In this document: one piece after another, positions 11,815 through 23,800 of the stretch | How positions within the stretch are numbered: the stretch's first letter is position 1 | How the letters are laid out: every line of letters begins with the position of its first letter | NCBI RefSeq assembly: GCF_030144855.1 | Contig: NC_082722.1 | Location: forward strand, 20,956,001 to 21,020,000 | Origin: Hypanus sabinus | Lineage: Eukaryota | DNA: 64,000 nucleotides | Direction: 5' to 3' | Program-made: the position numbers and the translations under genes | Notes under the pieces: model-generated | What the model was told of the DNA's origin: nothing | Databases searched by the model: none | What the model saw: the letters and a program-made list of their open reading frames with translations, nothing else

Positions 11815-13942
11815 GTTTGCATCATCAGACAGAGGACTAATGCACAAGGTGCAAAATCAGTTCATCCCCCAGGGAAGGAAGGATTCAAAGGGGGGAAAGG
11901 GGCCTAGGTGGTTGACAAAGGAAGTCAGAGACTGCATAGCATTAAACAAAAGGAAATATGACAGAGCTAAGGTGAGTGGGAGGACAGATGACTGGCAAGT
12001 TTTTAAGGGACAACAGAACTTAACTAAAAAGACAATACGGGGAGAAAAAATTAGGTACGAACGCAAGCTAGTCAGGAATATAAAGGAAGATAGCAAAAGC
12101 TTTTATAGGTATGTGAAGAGAAAGAAGATAGTTAAGAACAATGTTGGGCCCTTGAAGAATGAATTGGGTGAAATTGTTATGGGAAACAGAGAAATGGCAG
12201 AAGAATTTAATGAGTACTTTAGATCTGTTTTCACTAAGGAAGACACAAGCAATCTCCCAGATGTATGGATTGGCCAAGGACATAGGGTAACAGAGGAAAT
12301 GAAACAGATTGACATTCGGAAGGAAACGGTGATGAGACTGATGGGACTGAAGACTGACAAATCCCCAGGTCCAGATGGTCTGCACCCTAGGGTACTAAAG
12401 GAGGTGGCCCTGGAAATTGTGGATGCATTGGTAATCATTTTCCAATGTTCCTTAGATTCAGGATCAGTTCCTGAGGATTCGAGAATGGCTAATGTTATCC
12501 CACTTTTTAAGAAAGGAACAGAGAACAGAGAGAACAGAGAACTATCGACCTGTCAGCCTGACATAGGTGGTGGGAAAGATGCTAGAGTCCATTATTAAGG
12601 ATGGAATAGTGGCATATCTAGATAGCAGTGATAGGATTGGGCAGAGCCAGCATGGATTTACCAAGGGTAAATCATGCTTGACTAATCTGTTGGAGTTTTT
12701 CGAGGATGTAACCGGGAAGTTAGACGGGGGAGATCCAGTGGACGTAGTGTATCTCGATTTTCAGAAGGCGTTTGATTACGTCCCACATAGAAGATTGGTG
12801 GGTAAAATCAAAGCTCAGGGCATCGGGGGGAAGGCATTGACAAGGATAGAAAACTGGTTGGCAGATAGAAAGCAAAGGGTAGCGGTGAATGGGTGTTTCT
12901 CGGAATGGCAGGTGGTGACTAGTTGGGTGCCGCAGGGCTCGGTATTGGGACCACAGCTGTTTACCATTTACATTAACGATTTGGATGAAGGCATTGAAAA
13001 TAATATCAGAAAATGTGCTGATGATACTAAGCTGGGTGGCAGTGTGACATGTGATGAGGATGTTAGGAGAACTCAGGGTGACTTGGATAGGCTGGGTGAG
13101 TGGGCAAATACTTGGCAGATGGCGTTTACTGTGAATAAGTGTGAGGTTATCCACTTTGGGAGTAAGAACAGGAAGGCAGATTATTATCTGAACGGTATAG
13201 AGTTGGGTAAGGGAGCAATACAAAGAGAACTCGGAGTCCTTGTTCATCAGTCTCTGAAGGTGAATGAGCAAGTGCAGCAGGCAGTGAAGAAGGCTAATGG
13301 AATGCTGGCCTTTATTACACAGGGAATTGAGTACAAGAGCAAGGAAATCCTCTTGCATTTGTACAGAGCCCTGGTGAGGTCACACCTGGAGTATTGTGTG
13401 CAGTTTTGGTCCCAGGCTTAAGGAAGGACATCCGGGCTGTAGAGGAAGTGCAGCGTAGATTCCCGAGGTTAAATCCTGGGATGTCTGGACTGTCTTACGC
13501 AGAGAGGTTAGAGAGAGTGGGCTAGTACACGATGGAATTAAGGAGATTGAGAGGGGATCTGATTGAAACATATAAGATTATTAAGGGATTGCACAAGATA
13601 GAGGCAGGGAATATGTTCCAGATGTTGGGAGAGTCCAGTACCAGAGGCCATGGTTTGAGATTAAGGGCTAGGTCATTTAGGACAGAGTTAAGGAAAAACA
13701 TCATCTCCCAGAGAGTTGTGGGGGTCTGGAATGCAGTGCCTCGGAAGGCAGTGGAGGCCAATTCTCTGGATGCTTTCAAGAAGGAGCGAGATATGTATCT
13801 TATGGATAGGGGAATCGAGGAAAATGGGGGCAAGGCAGGATCCGGGTATTGATAGGAATTGATCATCCATGATCTCAAAATAGCGGTGCAGGCTCGAAGG
13901 GCCGAATGCTCTACTTCTGCACCTATTGTCTATTGTCTATTG
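11815..13942 (+). mobile_element. Young 5'-truncated CR1-type LINE (ORF2 RT)
   Basis: ORFs 11810-12598, 12567-13421 and 13532-13852 carry KSPGPDG, YLDFQKAFD, PQGSVLGP and ADDTKL; (CTATTGT)n tail at 13923-13942. Confidence 0.95.
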
Positions 13943-15285
13943 ACTTATTTCGCTGCCAATATTGCCTCTACATACTCCCTACCTTCCTTACTACCGCACC
14001 TTATCCACCAACCACCCTGACCTGATGAGCAACAATAATGTATTATCCCACCAGGCTGCTCACCCACTTGTGCCACACATACATCGATTTGGTCCGGAAT
14101 TAATGCGTCAGTTTACGACCATTGGCCAAAAAATGCTGGGCATAATTCAAATTTATTCTGTTCCATTGGGCAATTAGGCAGTTACTAATCGCCGAGGAGC
14201 TCCGTCGTAAGCACCATATTAATCGAGGGTACACATCTAGCCACGTGACTGCTATATAAATCTACTTTCCAACGTCCAGGATTTTCAGTCAAATGTTATG
14301 ATTAGGCTAAACCTGAATTCGTTTAATGTGACCATGTGTGCACCTCCTCTGCTTCAATGTGGGTTTGGACAGTAACAGTTACAATGCATTTCACCTGCCT
14401 GTGGAGGGAATATCTTGGGGGGGGGGGGTGTCGGCGGTACTGAAGACAGAGTAGGCTTATATTATAACTGGGCACTGTTCAATGATATAGCACAGGAGAA
14501 TGTGGTTGAGCATATCAGACTTTATCCTCTTGAATGTCCGGGCAGTAGAGAGAGGCGGAGTGGATTACTCCCAATCTTATTCTTAAGTTTCTTACTTTTA
14601 TATTTTCCAGTGATAATCGCCTCCAATAAATCGAACACGAATTTGAAACTTTAACTCCTAACTTGTAAATGTGATATCGGTTAATAATCTTTGTCTAGAT
14701 TGAAGAAATAAAACGAAGCAATTCCTCGGGCCTGCACTCATTGATAGTCTATAGCTCTAAACTGCAGTTGGATCCTCAGCTTCGCAGTTTCTTTGATGTA
14801 TTTACATCAGTGGACAATGTATCGTGCTTTTGACGTGTGGATGCTGAGGAGTTTTTGGAACGGGAAGCAGCAGAGCAGCGTAACTCAGTTTGTCAACTCC
14901 ATTCCATTTAGACTATTTCATAATCAGCGGTTAATCGAGAATTTACTGAGTTGAACATGTTGAATCAATAATTCTAAATTAAACCAGTGAAGTACTCAAA
15001 AGTTATTAATTTTAGATTTCTGCCATTTCACACAAAATCTATGTCAACACGTTTTCCAATTGATTTCCTTTTTGATTTATTTGGTATTTCAACTCCATGA
15101 TCCTGTAGAATCATGAGCGTTCCTTTCATTACTTGAAATGAAGTATAACAAAATCGAGTTAGGAGAGTAGGTAACTGCTTGAAGCAATAGCTATAGTACA
15201 AAATATATCACTAACTCAACATACAAGCGTGTTTTTGTGTCATATGTGTCAGTTAGTCGCAAACTGTTTAGCTTATAGATCTTAC

Positions 15286-15385
15286 GGTGTTTAACTTATA
15301 CATCACAGTCACAGCTGCCAAGAGAACTCCAAACAGATACTGTAATCAGTGAATACCGCACAACTGATAGAACGAACGTTGGCAT
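15286..15385 (-). pseudogene. Leader exon copy 1 MPTFVLSVVRYSLITVSVWSSLGSCDCDV*VKH with premature stop
   Basis: Signal-peptide-like, 100 nt to a phase-1 donor C|gtaaga, TAA at 15296-15298, lies upstream of the gene B V exon. Confidence 0.55.
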
Positions 15386-17126
15386 TTTGTTCATTCATGT
15401 CCTATGGTTACTGTTTTGTCACAGTTTGGTATTTTCATGAATAACACCAATGTTCTGTAGGATCAGTGTTTCTATGTTATTATCAGATATTCGTCTTCAT
15501 TTTGGAGCTGATAATGGGCGTTGAAAAGGATGGCTATTCTTAGTTTCATTCGTTTTAGTGTTTCCTCGTTTGCAAATTACATATGAACGTCATAATCCTT
15601 CTGGCTGCTCCCATCTGGCTCCTATCTCCTTGATTATGCCTAAATTCCAGTCGTTTGATTCTCAATTGCTGCTAGTTCATTGAATTACAGTACACCTGGT
15701 TTGCATCTGAGACTGCAGGATAAGAACTCTGGCGTAACAACCACAGGTCGCCAGTTCTTTGGTCGATTACCGTGTGATGACTTCGTTTCCCGATTGCTTA
15801 GAACCGTTGGTTCTAAGTTCAGCTCTAGTTTCAAGTTATTCCATGAGAACCCCGTCTCCGTGTCAAGACTCCATATCAGAACTCCATGTCCAGCTTCCTC
15901 CTGCTTAGTCGTTCCACATTTGCGACGGTGCAAACACCTCTCAACCCCATCTCCATGCCTGTGCCCTGCACTTGGAGTCACCCGCAGTCACTCCTTGTAA
16001 AAATAAATTAAATGCATTAAGCAAGAGAAGAAAGATAATCTCGAGGGATTCTGCAGATGCAGGAAACCTTGAGGAATGCAAAGAAAATGATGATGTAATT
16101 CATTAGGTAAAACCTTTTTTCAGAAGGTAAATAAACTGTCCATCTTTCTGGCCGAAACGCTTTACAGGAGAGCAAGAAGTCAGAAGCTAGAATAAGAGGG
16201 TGTGGAAGGAATACAAGATGGCGGGTGATAAGAGACACCATGTGATTAAGAGGTTGTGTGGATAATAGGGGAGAGAATGGTGTAGAAGCTGGGAGTTGAT
16301 GAATGGAAAAGGAAAAGGGTACAAGAAGGAATCAGATAGGAGGAGAGAGTGGACCCTGGAAGAAATGAAATAAAGAGGGGCACGAGTGGTAATGATTCTT
16401 GTCATATCTCAGATTTGTTTTGCTTTTTTGGGCAACTTAGCAATTATTAACCGCTGAGGAGCTATGTGCAAAACACCATATTCTTCGAGAGTACTCATCT
16501 AGACACGTGATTCATATATAAATCTACTTTCCAACGTCCACATTTTTCATTGAAATGCTGTGATTAGTCTAAACTTGATTTCCTTTAATGGGACAATGTG
16601 CGTATCTCCTCTATTTCAATGTGGTCTTGGACAGGTACAGACGTTGCAACGATTTATTTTGCCTTTTTGGTGCCCTGGGATTTCTGTCACTACCATATGA
16701 TAGTGCAGTTGTATTATACTGCTAACTTTGAGCAAAAAGCCGTGAACGTACAAGAAACAGAAGAGTACTGAATTATTTTCATCATACGATATTTACTAAT
16801 CAATATTCAAGCACAGAGGTGTTCTCGCGAGAGCATTTTGCGATTTTTTTTCACATCTTCAAATCTACATTTTCTTCTATTGAACGTTGACATAAGTGAG
16901 CAAGAAAAGCTGTTCAGCAGGCGTTTGCTTTTGCCCTGCAAATAACGTTTCTGGCGCTAGTGGTGACGAATATCTTGATATTTTTTTCATCCTCTGAGGA
17001 CTGTGGGCGGAATATCTTGGGGGCGAGGCGGTACTTTAGGCTACGTAGGTTTATTTCCTGGAATGATCGGAGACTGTTCAATGGAGATTATGACTAAGCA
17101 GTAAAGAAAGACAGAATGGCTTATTC

Positions 17127-17377
17127 AGAATCTTATTCCTTTCTTTTTACAATATTTTTATTCAGAAGAAAAAAAAAGATTTACAGAGTGCAACACATAG
17201 ATACATCTCAACATAACTTGAGTACATTAATATATTGTAATAAAATTGATCAGAATGTTATAGCATAACATATAAAGGTATATCACACTGTAATCAAAAA
17301 TTTAAAGATAGGTCATACATCATAACATAATTTTTATATATATATATATATAAATTATATATAAGAATCTTATTCCT
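17127..17377 (-). mobile_element. 223-bp insertion flanked by a 14-bp target-site duplication, L1-3'-end-like, includes (TA)n
   Basis: agaatcttattcct at 17127-17140 and 17364-17377; the paralogous block has a single site near 14572. Confidence 0.7.
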
Positions 17378-18082
17378 AATTTAATTACTTTTACTTTTCC
17401 CAGTGATAATCGCTTCCAAGAAATCGAAGACGAAATTGATCCATTATCTTCCTAACTTATGCATGTTATATCGATTAACAATCTTTGATTGCAAGACATG
17501 AGAAAAAGCAATGCCTAGGTCTGCACTCCTTAATAATCTATAGCTCTAAACTATAGTCAGATTCTCAGCTTCACAGTTTCTTTGATGTATTTACATCTGC
17601 GTACAATGCATGTTGGTTTTGATGTTTGGATGCTGAGGTGTTGTTGGAATCCGGAAGCTGCAGAGAAGCGTAAGTCAGTTTGTCAGCTCCATTTCTTTTT
17701 GTCTGTGAAAATATTTCAGTATCCGTGATTAATCAAGAATCCATTGATTTGAACAAATCCAATCAAAAATTGTAAAGTGAATTAGTGATTCACTCATAAG
17801 TTATCAATTTTAGATTTCTGCCGTTTTGCTCAAAATCTATGTCAACATGTTTTTCATTTTTTTTCTTTTTGATTTATATGGTATTTCAATTCCATGATCC
17901 CGTAGAATCATGAGCGTTTCTTTAATTACTTGAAATGAAGTTTAACAAAATCGAGTTGGCAGAGTAGGTAACTCTTTAAGGCAGCAGGTATAGTGCAAAA
18001 TATTTTGCTAACTCAAAACACAATAGTATTTTTGTGTTGTATGTGACTGATTGCGGCAAACTGTTTCGTCTATAGATCTTAC

Positions 18083-18191
18083 GGGTGCTTCCTCCGTCCC
18101 ACCTGCCAACAGAACTCCAAATGCAAACAGACACAGTCATCAGTGGATACCGCACAACTGATAACTGAAAGGTGGCACTTTGTTCATTCAT
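18083..18191 (-). pseudogene. Leader exon copy 2 MNEQSATFQLSVVRYPLMTVSVCIWSSVGRWDGGST (open, orphan)
   Basis: Homolog of copy 1; 109 nt to the same phase-1 donor C|gtaaga. Confidence 0.5.
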
Positions 18192-19029
18192 GCAGTACGG
18201 TTACCGCCTTCTCACAGTTCGGAATTTCCATGAATAACACCAATGTTCGGTTGGTTCAGTATTCCTCGGTTATTATCAGAGATTCGTGTTATTTATGGAG
18301 CTGACAATGGGCGTTGGAAAGGGTGGCTATTCCCAGTTTCATCCTTATTAGTGTTTCCTCGTTTGCAAATTACATATGAAATTAGATTCGTAAAAGCAAA
18401 GGGGAAAATAAAATCTCAAGAACTTCCGCAGATGCTGGAAATCCTGAAGAATACAAAGAAAAAAGGAAATGCTGATGGAATTCAGTAGAGAAGGCAGCAT
18501 GTATGCTATAAATAAACTCAATATTTCTGACTGGTGCGCTTCATCAGGACAGCAAAACAAAGTGGTCAGAAGCTGGAATAAGCTGGTGAAGGAATACTAG
18601 ATGGCAAGTGATAGGAGAAACCTGCTTGGTAAGAAGGGGTGTGAATGACGGGTGATGGAATGACGTAGAAGCTGGGAGGTGATCAGTGGAAAAGGAAAAC
18701 GGTGCAAGAAGGAATCTATTCAGAGGAGAAAGTGGACCCCGGAAGAAATCGAAGAAGGAGGGACACCTCTGGAGTTGATGGGTAGGTGAGTAAGAGAGTA
18801 GGGGTGAAATGGAGCCATAATTTGTAATAAAGAAAAAAAGAGAAGGGGATGATGAAATAACAATATTCATGCGTTCCGGATGGAATCCACCCAGATGGAA
18901 GAAAAATGTGAAGCTATTTCGAGGGCGTTCAGTTGTAAGTGGTACAGTGACAAAGATCTGCTCAGGTCTGTAAAATTAACCTCCCTTGGGATAATATTTA
19001 TATATATATATATATATGTTGTAATCGAT

Positions 19030-20400
19030 TGTTAGGGATGAAATTATTGAGTACCTGCACACACATGACAAGATAGGCCTAAACCAGCATAGTTTTCGGA
19101 AATGGAAATCCTGCCTGACTGATATATTGCAATTTTCTAAGGAAATTACAGGCAGGATAGGCAAAGCGAATGCAGTTGATGTGTTGTACTTGGATTTTCA
19201 GAAGGCATTCGACAAGATGCCGCACATCAAGCTGCTTATCAAGATAAGAGCCCATGGAATTACAGAGGAGTTACTAGCATGGGTGGAGCATTGGCTGATC
19301 GGCAGAAAACAGAGCGGAATAAAGGGATCCTATTCTGGCTGGATGCCGTTTGCCAGCAGAATTCCACAGGGGTTGGTGTTAGCACCATTGCTGCTTATGG
19401 TACATGTCAATGATTTCGTCGATGGGTTCATGAGTTTTGGCTAAATTTGCCAAGATAGGAGGAGGGGTGTCTATTGTTGAGGAAACAGAGAGCCTGCAGA
19501 CTGACTTAGGTAGTTTTGGAAAAAAGGACAAAGAATAGGCAAATTAAATACAATGTACTTAATGCAATGTATTGTCATGATCATACACATACACATAATG
19601 GTCATGCACGTTGATGGAAAAATTAAACTTGCAGAATATTATCTAGATGGGAAAATAATTCAAAATGCAGAGATGCAAATGGACTTGGGAGTCCCTGTGC
19701 AGGATACCGGAAGGTTAACCTCCAGGCTGAGTCGGTGGTGTAGAAAGCGAATACATTGTTGGCATTCATTTCTAGAGGTAAAGAATATAAGAACAGGGTT
19801 ATGATATAGAGGCTCTATAATGCACTCGTTGCACCACACTTGGAGTATTGTTTGCAGTTTCTGGCTCCTTCTTTTAGAAAGCATATACTGACATTGGAGA
19901 GGGTTCAGAGAAGATTCACGAGAATGATTCCAGGAATGAAAGGGTTACTGTATGAGGGACGTCTTGCAGCTCTTGGGCTGTATTTCCCGGAGTTCAGGAG
20001 AATCAGGAGAGATCTCATAAAACATTCCGAATGTTAAAATGCCTGAACAGATTAGATATGGTAAAGTTAATTCCCATGACAGGGGAGTCAAGGAAAAGAG
20101 GACAGGACTTCAGGATTGATGGAAGTCCATTTAGACAGAGATGCGGAGAAATTACTTTAGTCAAAGAGTGATAAATATGTGGAATTTCTTGCCATGTGTG
20201 GATGTGGTGCGCAACTCATTGGGTGCAATTAAGGCAGAGATAGAATGGTTCTTAATTAGCCAGGGTGTCTAACGGTATGGAGAGAAGCTAAGGCAGTGGG
20301 GATGACTGGATGAATTGAATCAGCCCATGATTAAATGTCGGAGCAGACAAGATCAGCCGAATAGCCTACTTCTGCTTGTATATCTTATGGTCCTATGTAT
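19030..20400 (+). mobile_element. Degenerate CR1-type LINE 3' part
   Basis: YLDFQKAFDKMPH and LERVQRRFTRMIPG peptides. Confidence 0.9.
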
Positions 20401-20409
20401 ATGTTTTGC

Positions 20410-20640
20410 CTGGCTCGGTATCGAGCGGCTAGCGTAACACAATTAAAGCTGCAGTGATCCAGGTTTTCTTCCCGTGCCCGACTAAATGGCGTGTTTCTAA
20501 GTTTTCCCATGACTGTCTGACTTACTTTGTGCACTCGGGGTTTCTCCCACATTCCAAAGATGTAGTTGCGAGTCGGCTAATTGGTCACATGGGTATAATT
20601 GGGCGGCGCCAACTGTTTGGGCCGGACGGCTCTGTTACTG
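20410..20640 (+). mobile_element. tRNA-derived SINE-like repeat
   Basis: gggtttctcccacattccaaagatg-type core common in fish and elasmobranch SINEs. Confidence 0.6.
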
Positions 20641-20668
20641 TTTAATAACTCTGAAGCAAATTCATATG

Positions 20669-20806
20669 TTATTTATGGTAATCTCTCTGCTTTACCGGAG
20701 AATAGATAATGCGCTCTTCTTGTTGTCGATCCTTTTGAAGTCCTTTGCTCCCCGTCAAATTTAGTGAAGCATAGGCAGTGGTGTGCTCCACAGAAGCATG
20801 TTCAGC
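20669..20806 (-). CDS. Gene A terminal coding exon AEHASVEHTTAYASLNLTGSKGLQKDRQQEERIIYSPVKQRDYHK*
   Basis: ttttctaacag| acceptor, phase 0, two Tyr motifs (TAYASL, IIYSPV), stop at 20669-20671. ATTAAA at 20646-20641 is a possible polyA signal. Confidence 0.85.
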   Translation of the reverse strand, partial: AEHASVEHTTAYASLNLTGSKGLQKDRQQEERIIYSPVKQRDYHK

Positions 20807-23800
20807 CTGTTAGAAAAATAACATATTTAATGTTGATAACGGATACCAAGGTCAGTGATCATGAACTAAGTTTATTATTGTCCGTATATCATACCGGAAG
20901 TGAGATACCAAAACCATTTCAGGCTGGAAGTCGGTATGTTTACGTTAGATTTCTAAACAACCACTTATAACCAGCCTATCAATCGGAACGGTTTCTCAGA
21001 TCTGGCCATCTCTTTTTTTCATCATTATGTCATATACCTTCCGCCCTTCCGAGTTCTGTGGACGGGCTTTATCCAATGCGTTTCTGTTATGCACCCCTAC
21101 AAATTAGTGTAATCATTGGCATGGACCAGATTTTGCACACATGACGCAATTAAGATCTGTGATCTTCAAACTCCCATTATCTAGGTTGAGGACATTGGTA
21201 TAAATGGCAAGACTTGATGTACTTTTCCAGCCTGGATTAAGTGAGTTAGCAAACACTGTTGAGCTGATTGGTGTTGGTGAGTCAATTAAATTGCAATCGA
21301 AATAAGTAGAGGAATTGGATATGCCCGTTACAGTAAATGGTTAAAATAGCATTTTTCTGGCTGGAAGAATAACAGAGCATTCCAGAGCAACAAAGCAAAG
21401 GTAAATTATTTATCTTCAACGTTCCAGCTTCAACTTAGACATTAATCTCAGAAGCGGTCCTTTATTTTGGGAAGTGACGTCAACGCTGATAGAAGTTCCA
21501 ACGGTGTACTACTATCATGAGGCCAGAGATATATGACAGCCTTGTTTTGGTGATAATAAAAGTTGCTGCAGCAAATACCGTTACGTAAAAGTAAAAATAT
21601 GCGATAAAATTGGGAAGGTGATTAATGGAACACAAGTAGACGTTTCCAGTTCTACACAGATGGGTATACAACCAATAAAGGTTTAATATATTATGTCAGG
21701 AGAACCCAGGTGACACGAATTTAATAACATTGAACTGCTGGAACTATGAAGTAAAATAAACAAATAAAACACACATTAGTTCAGGAAACACGAGAGCAAA
21801 GAGAAACTGTTAACGTTTATATTACGTTCTGGGGTGGGAAGTTCAATCTGAAAGGACAACATTTTCTCTTTCCCAAGATGTCGTTAGTGATTTTTAATTT
21901 CTGGATTAAATCGAAAATGGGAGATTACAATACATTTATAAGTTTCTTGCATTTCTTTCAAAATTGAGGAGGATAATCATTCATCGTAGCCTCGAGGAGC
22001 TGAAGGCGTCTTGTGGAGTTTCGTTAAAATGTGTGTATGCACCAGATACTACACGGATTATTGGACACACATTCGATTTCATTGCAGATTGTGCAATACT
22101 GTATGGATCCTTTTTGGGATTCGGGGTTAAAAATGGCATATAACTTTCCAACAGAAGATTTCGTTGCATTTTCAATTTTGCTTACTCTACGTTGAAATCA
22201 ATGTAACATATATTGCGAAATGATTCGTGCGTGTACTGTATTTCGCCTTTCACCACTACACCGCGATTCACGTAAGCCGACATTTGACATTTAAAACACA
22301 TCTCAGTCTTAGATATATACTTAATTATTCGTCACACAAAGAATCATTAACAGCCTAATTTCCACTGGTATATATTACCGTTCATCTTAATGCAACCGGT
22401 TAAGAGCTGGTGTGGAATCCTCAAAGACCATAGGAAACAGATTAAACAGGAATATTTAAATACATCTTGGATCAATACATCAAAATAATGAGTTATTGGG
22501 GAGTATCATTCTTTCCTACTGCGTTCCAAATGTTAGAACAAAATTAATTTTTTATATCTCTACCATATGCATACGCCGCTCTGAAAGAAGACAAACTTTT
22601 CACCTACCTGCTCTTCATTCTGACATTTGTCCAAAGAACTTGCGTTAAACCCTTTAGAAAAGTAAAATAAATTATTTGCATTGTAAACATTGGATTTTAT
22701 TTGTTTGATACCAATCGAATACATAGCGTAAGAGGAACTGCTGAATTTACGGATCTTTTAGAAAGCATTTTGCGGTATCAGTTGCCTTAAGACGGTTCAT
22801 CCACGTCACGGCACTACGCTCAAGAGTCTTTGACTTTTAACGAAGCTGAAAAGTGATAATAGCATAGTATCATAGGAATGGCCGGACTACATCTAAATAC
22901 TGTCGATAAAATGAAAAGTAAAATCAATGAGACATGCATGACGTCGTCAATGTTCTTCATGCAGTCATAGTAACCATAGCCCAACGCGAAATTGTTTACG
23001 CTTCAAAATATGCATTCGCCATTGTATTGAAAACGACATTTGAAGTATTGCAAAGGGATACATCGCCATTTATGAACAAGATACAGCATGTAAATACAAC
23101 TAATGGACTGGTGGAATTATTGCATCTAAAGATCCCGCTTCTATTCTGCCTATTATTTATTTATGTAAGCCAGTTAGAACATCTAAATCACTGTCTATTT
23201 TTTTTTACAAATAGAGATATTTCTCAGCGAGGAGCGTCCTTACCGTGCGATTTCTTTAACTTGACTATCACCAAAACTATTATCAGAGCTAAAATTGTCG
23301 ATCCGCCCGCTGCACATGCCAGAATGAATTTTGTATCAGAGCCTTGTAAATCAAAAGGGGTAAACAAGAAACTGTGAAGCATTTATACATCTAAAAACAA
23401 ACGCACACATGAGAATCAACAATGTCAAATATTTTATAGGCTGCTTTCAAATCTCACTGCACAATATTGGAAAATATATCATGAAACAGGAAATGCAAAT
23501 TCCCACCTTTGTTATGTCATGATGAGATATAGAGTTTAAGTTTTGCTTTGTCACAACTTCTGCAAATGTTCAAAAGTTTGCTGCCTTACAAATACTGCGC
23601 GAATTGAATTTCTTAATTTGTCCTACACGATTTAAACTAACGGACAAAACACGTTCGTTTTTTTAATCTCCTTTTACGGTAAATATTCACTGTCAATTAC
23701 TAAGCTTCAAAATTGGTCATTCTTCCGTGTTTGCTTAGCTGTTCAGTCACTGTCCTTAACAAGTTCACATTGACCCCACCACAATGACTTATAAGCGGTC

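Larger units (their letters stand above)
14170..18380. repeat. Diverged tandem duplication (about 14170-15590 versus about 16433-18380) of promoter, leader and 5' intron 1
   Basis: Colinear shared blocks such as tatataaatctactttccaacgtcca, cagtgataatcgc, tagaatcatgagcgtt and tttcctcgtttgcaaattacatatgaa. Confidence 0.9.

Noticed and set aside
12720-13358. 212-aa minus ORF and similar shadow ORFs over LINEs
   Set aside because: Antisense shadows of CR1 ORF2.
21110-21365. Acceptor-like site and open stretch with LDNGSLKITDL in a gene A intron
   Set aside because: No phase-0 open exon; frame is preceded by a stop and lacks Ig cysteines.
21480-21760. Hydrophobic ORF 21480-21671 and a strong acceptor near 21745
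   Set aside because: The TM exon is already accounted for, and the phase-0 reading stops after 15 codons with no motif.
21981-22200. IQYCTI ITIM-like word in an intron
   Set aside because: No usable splice acceptor in that frame.
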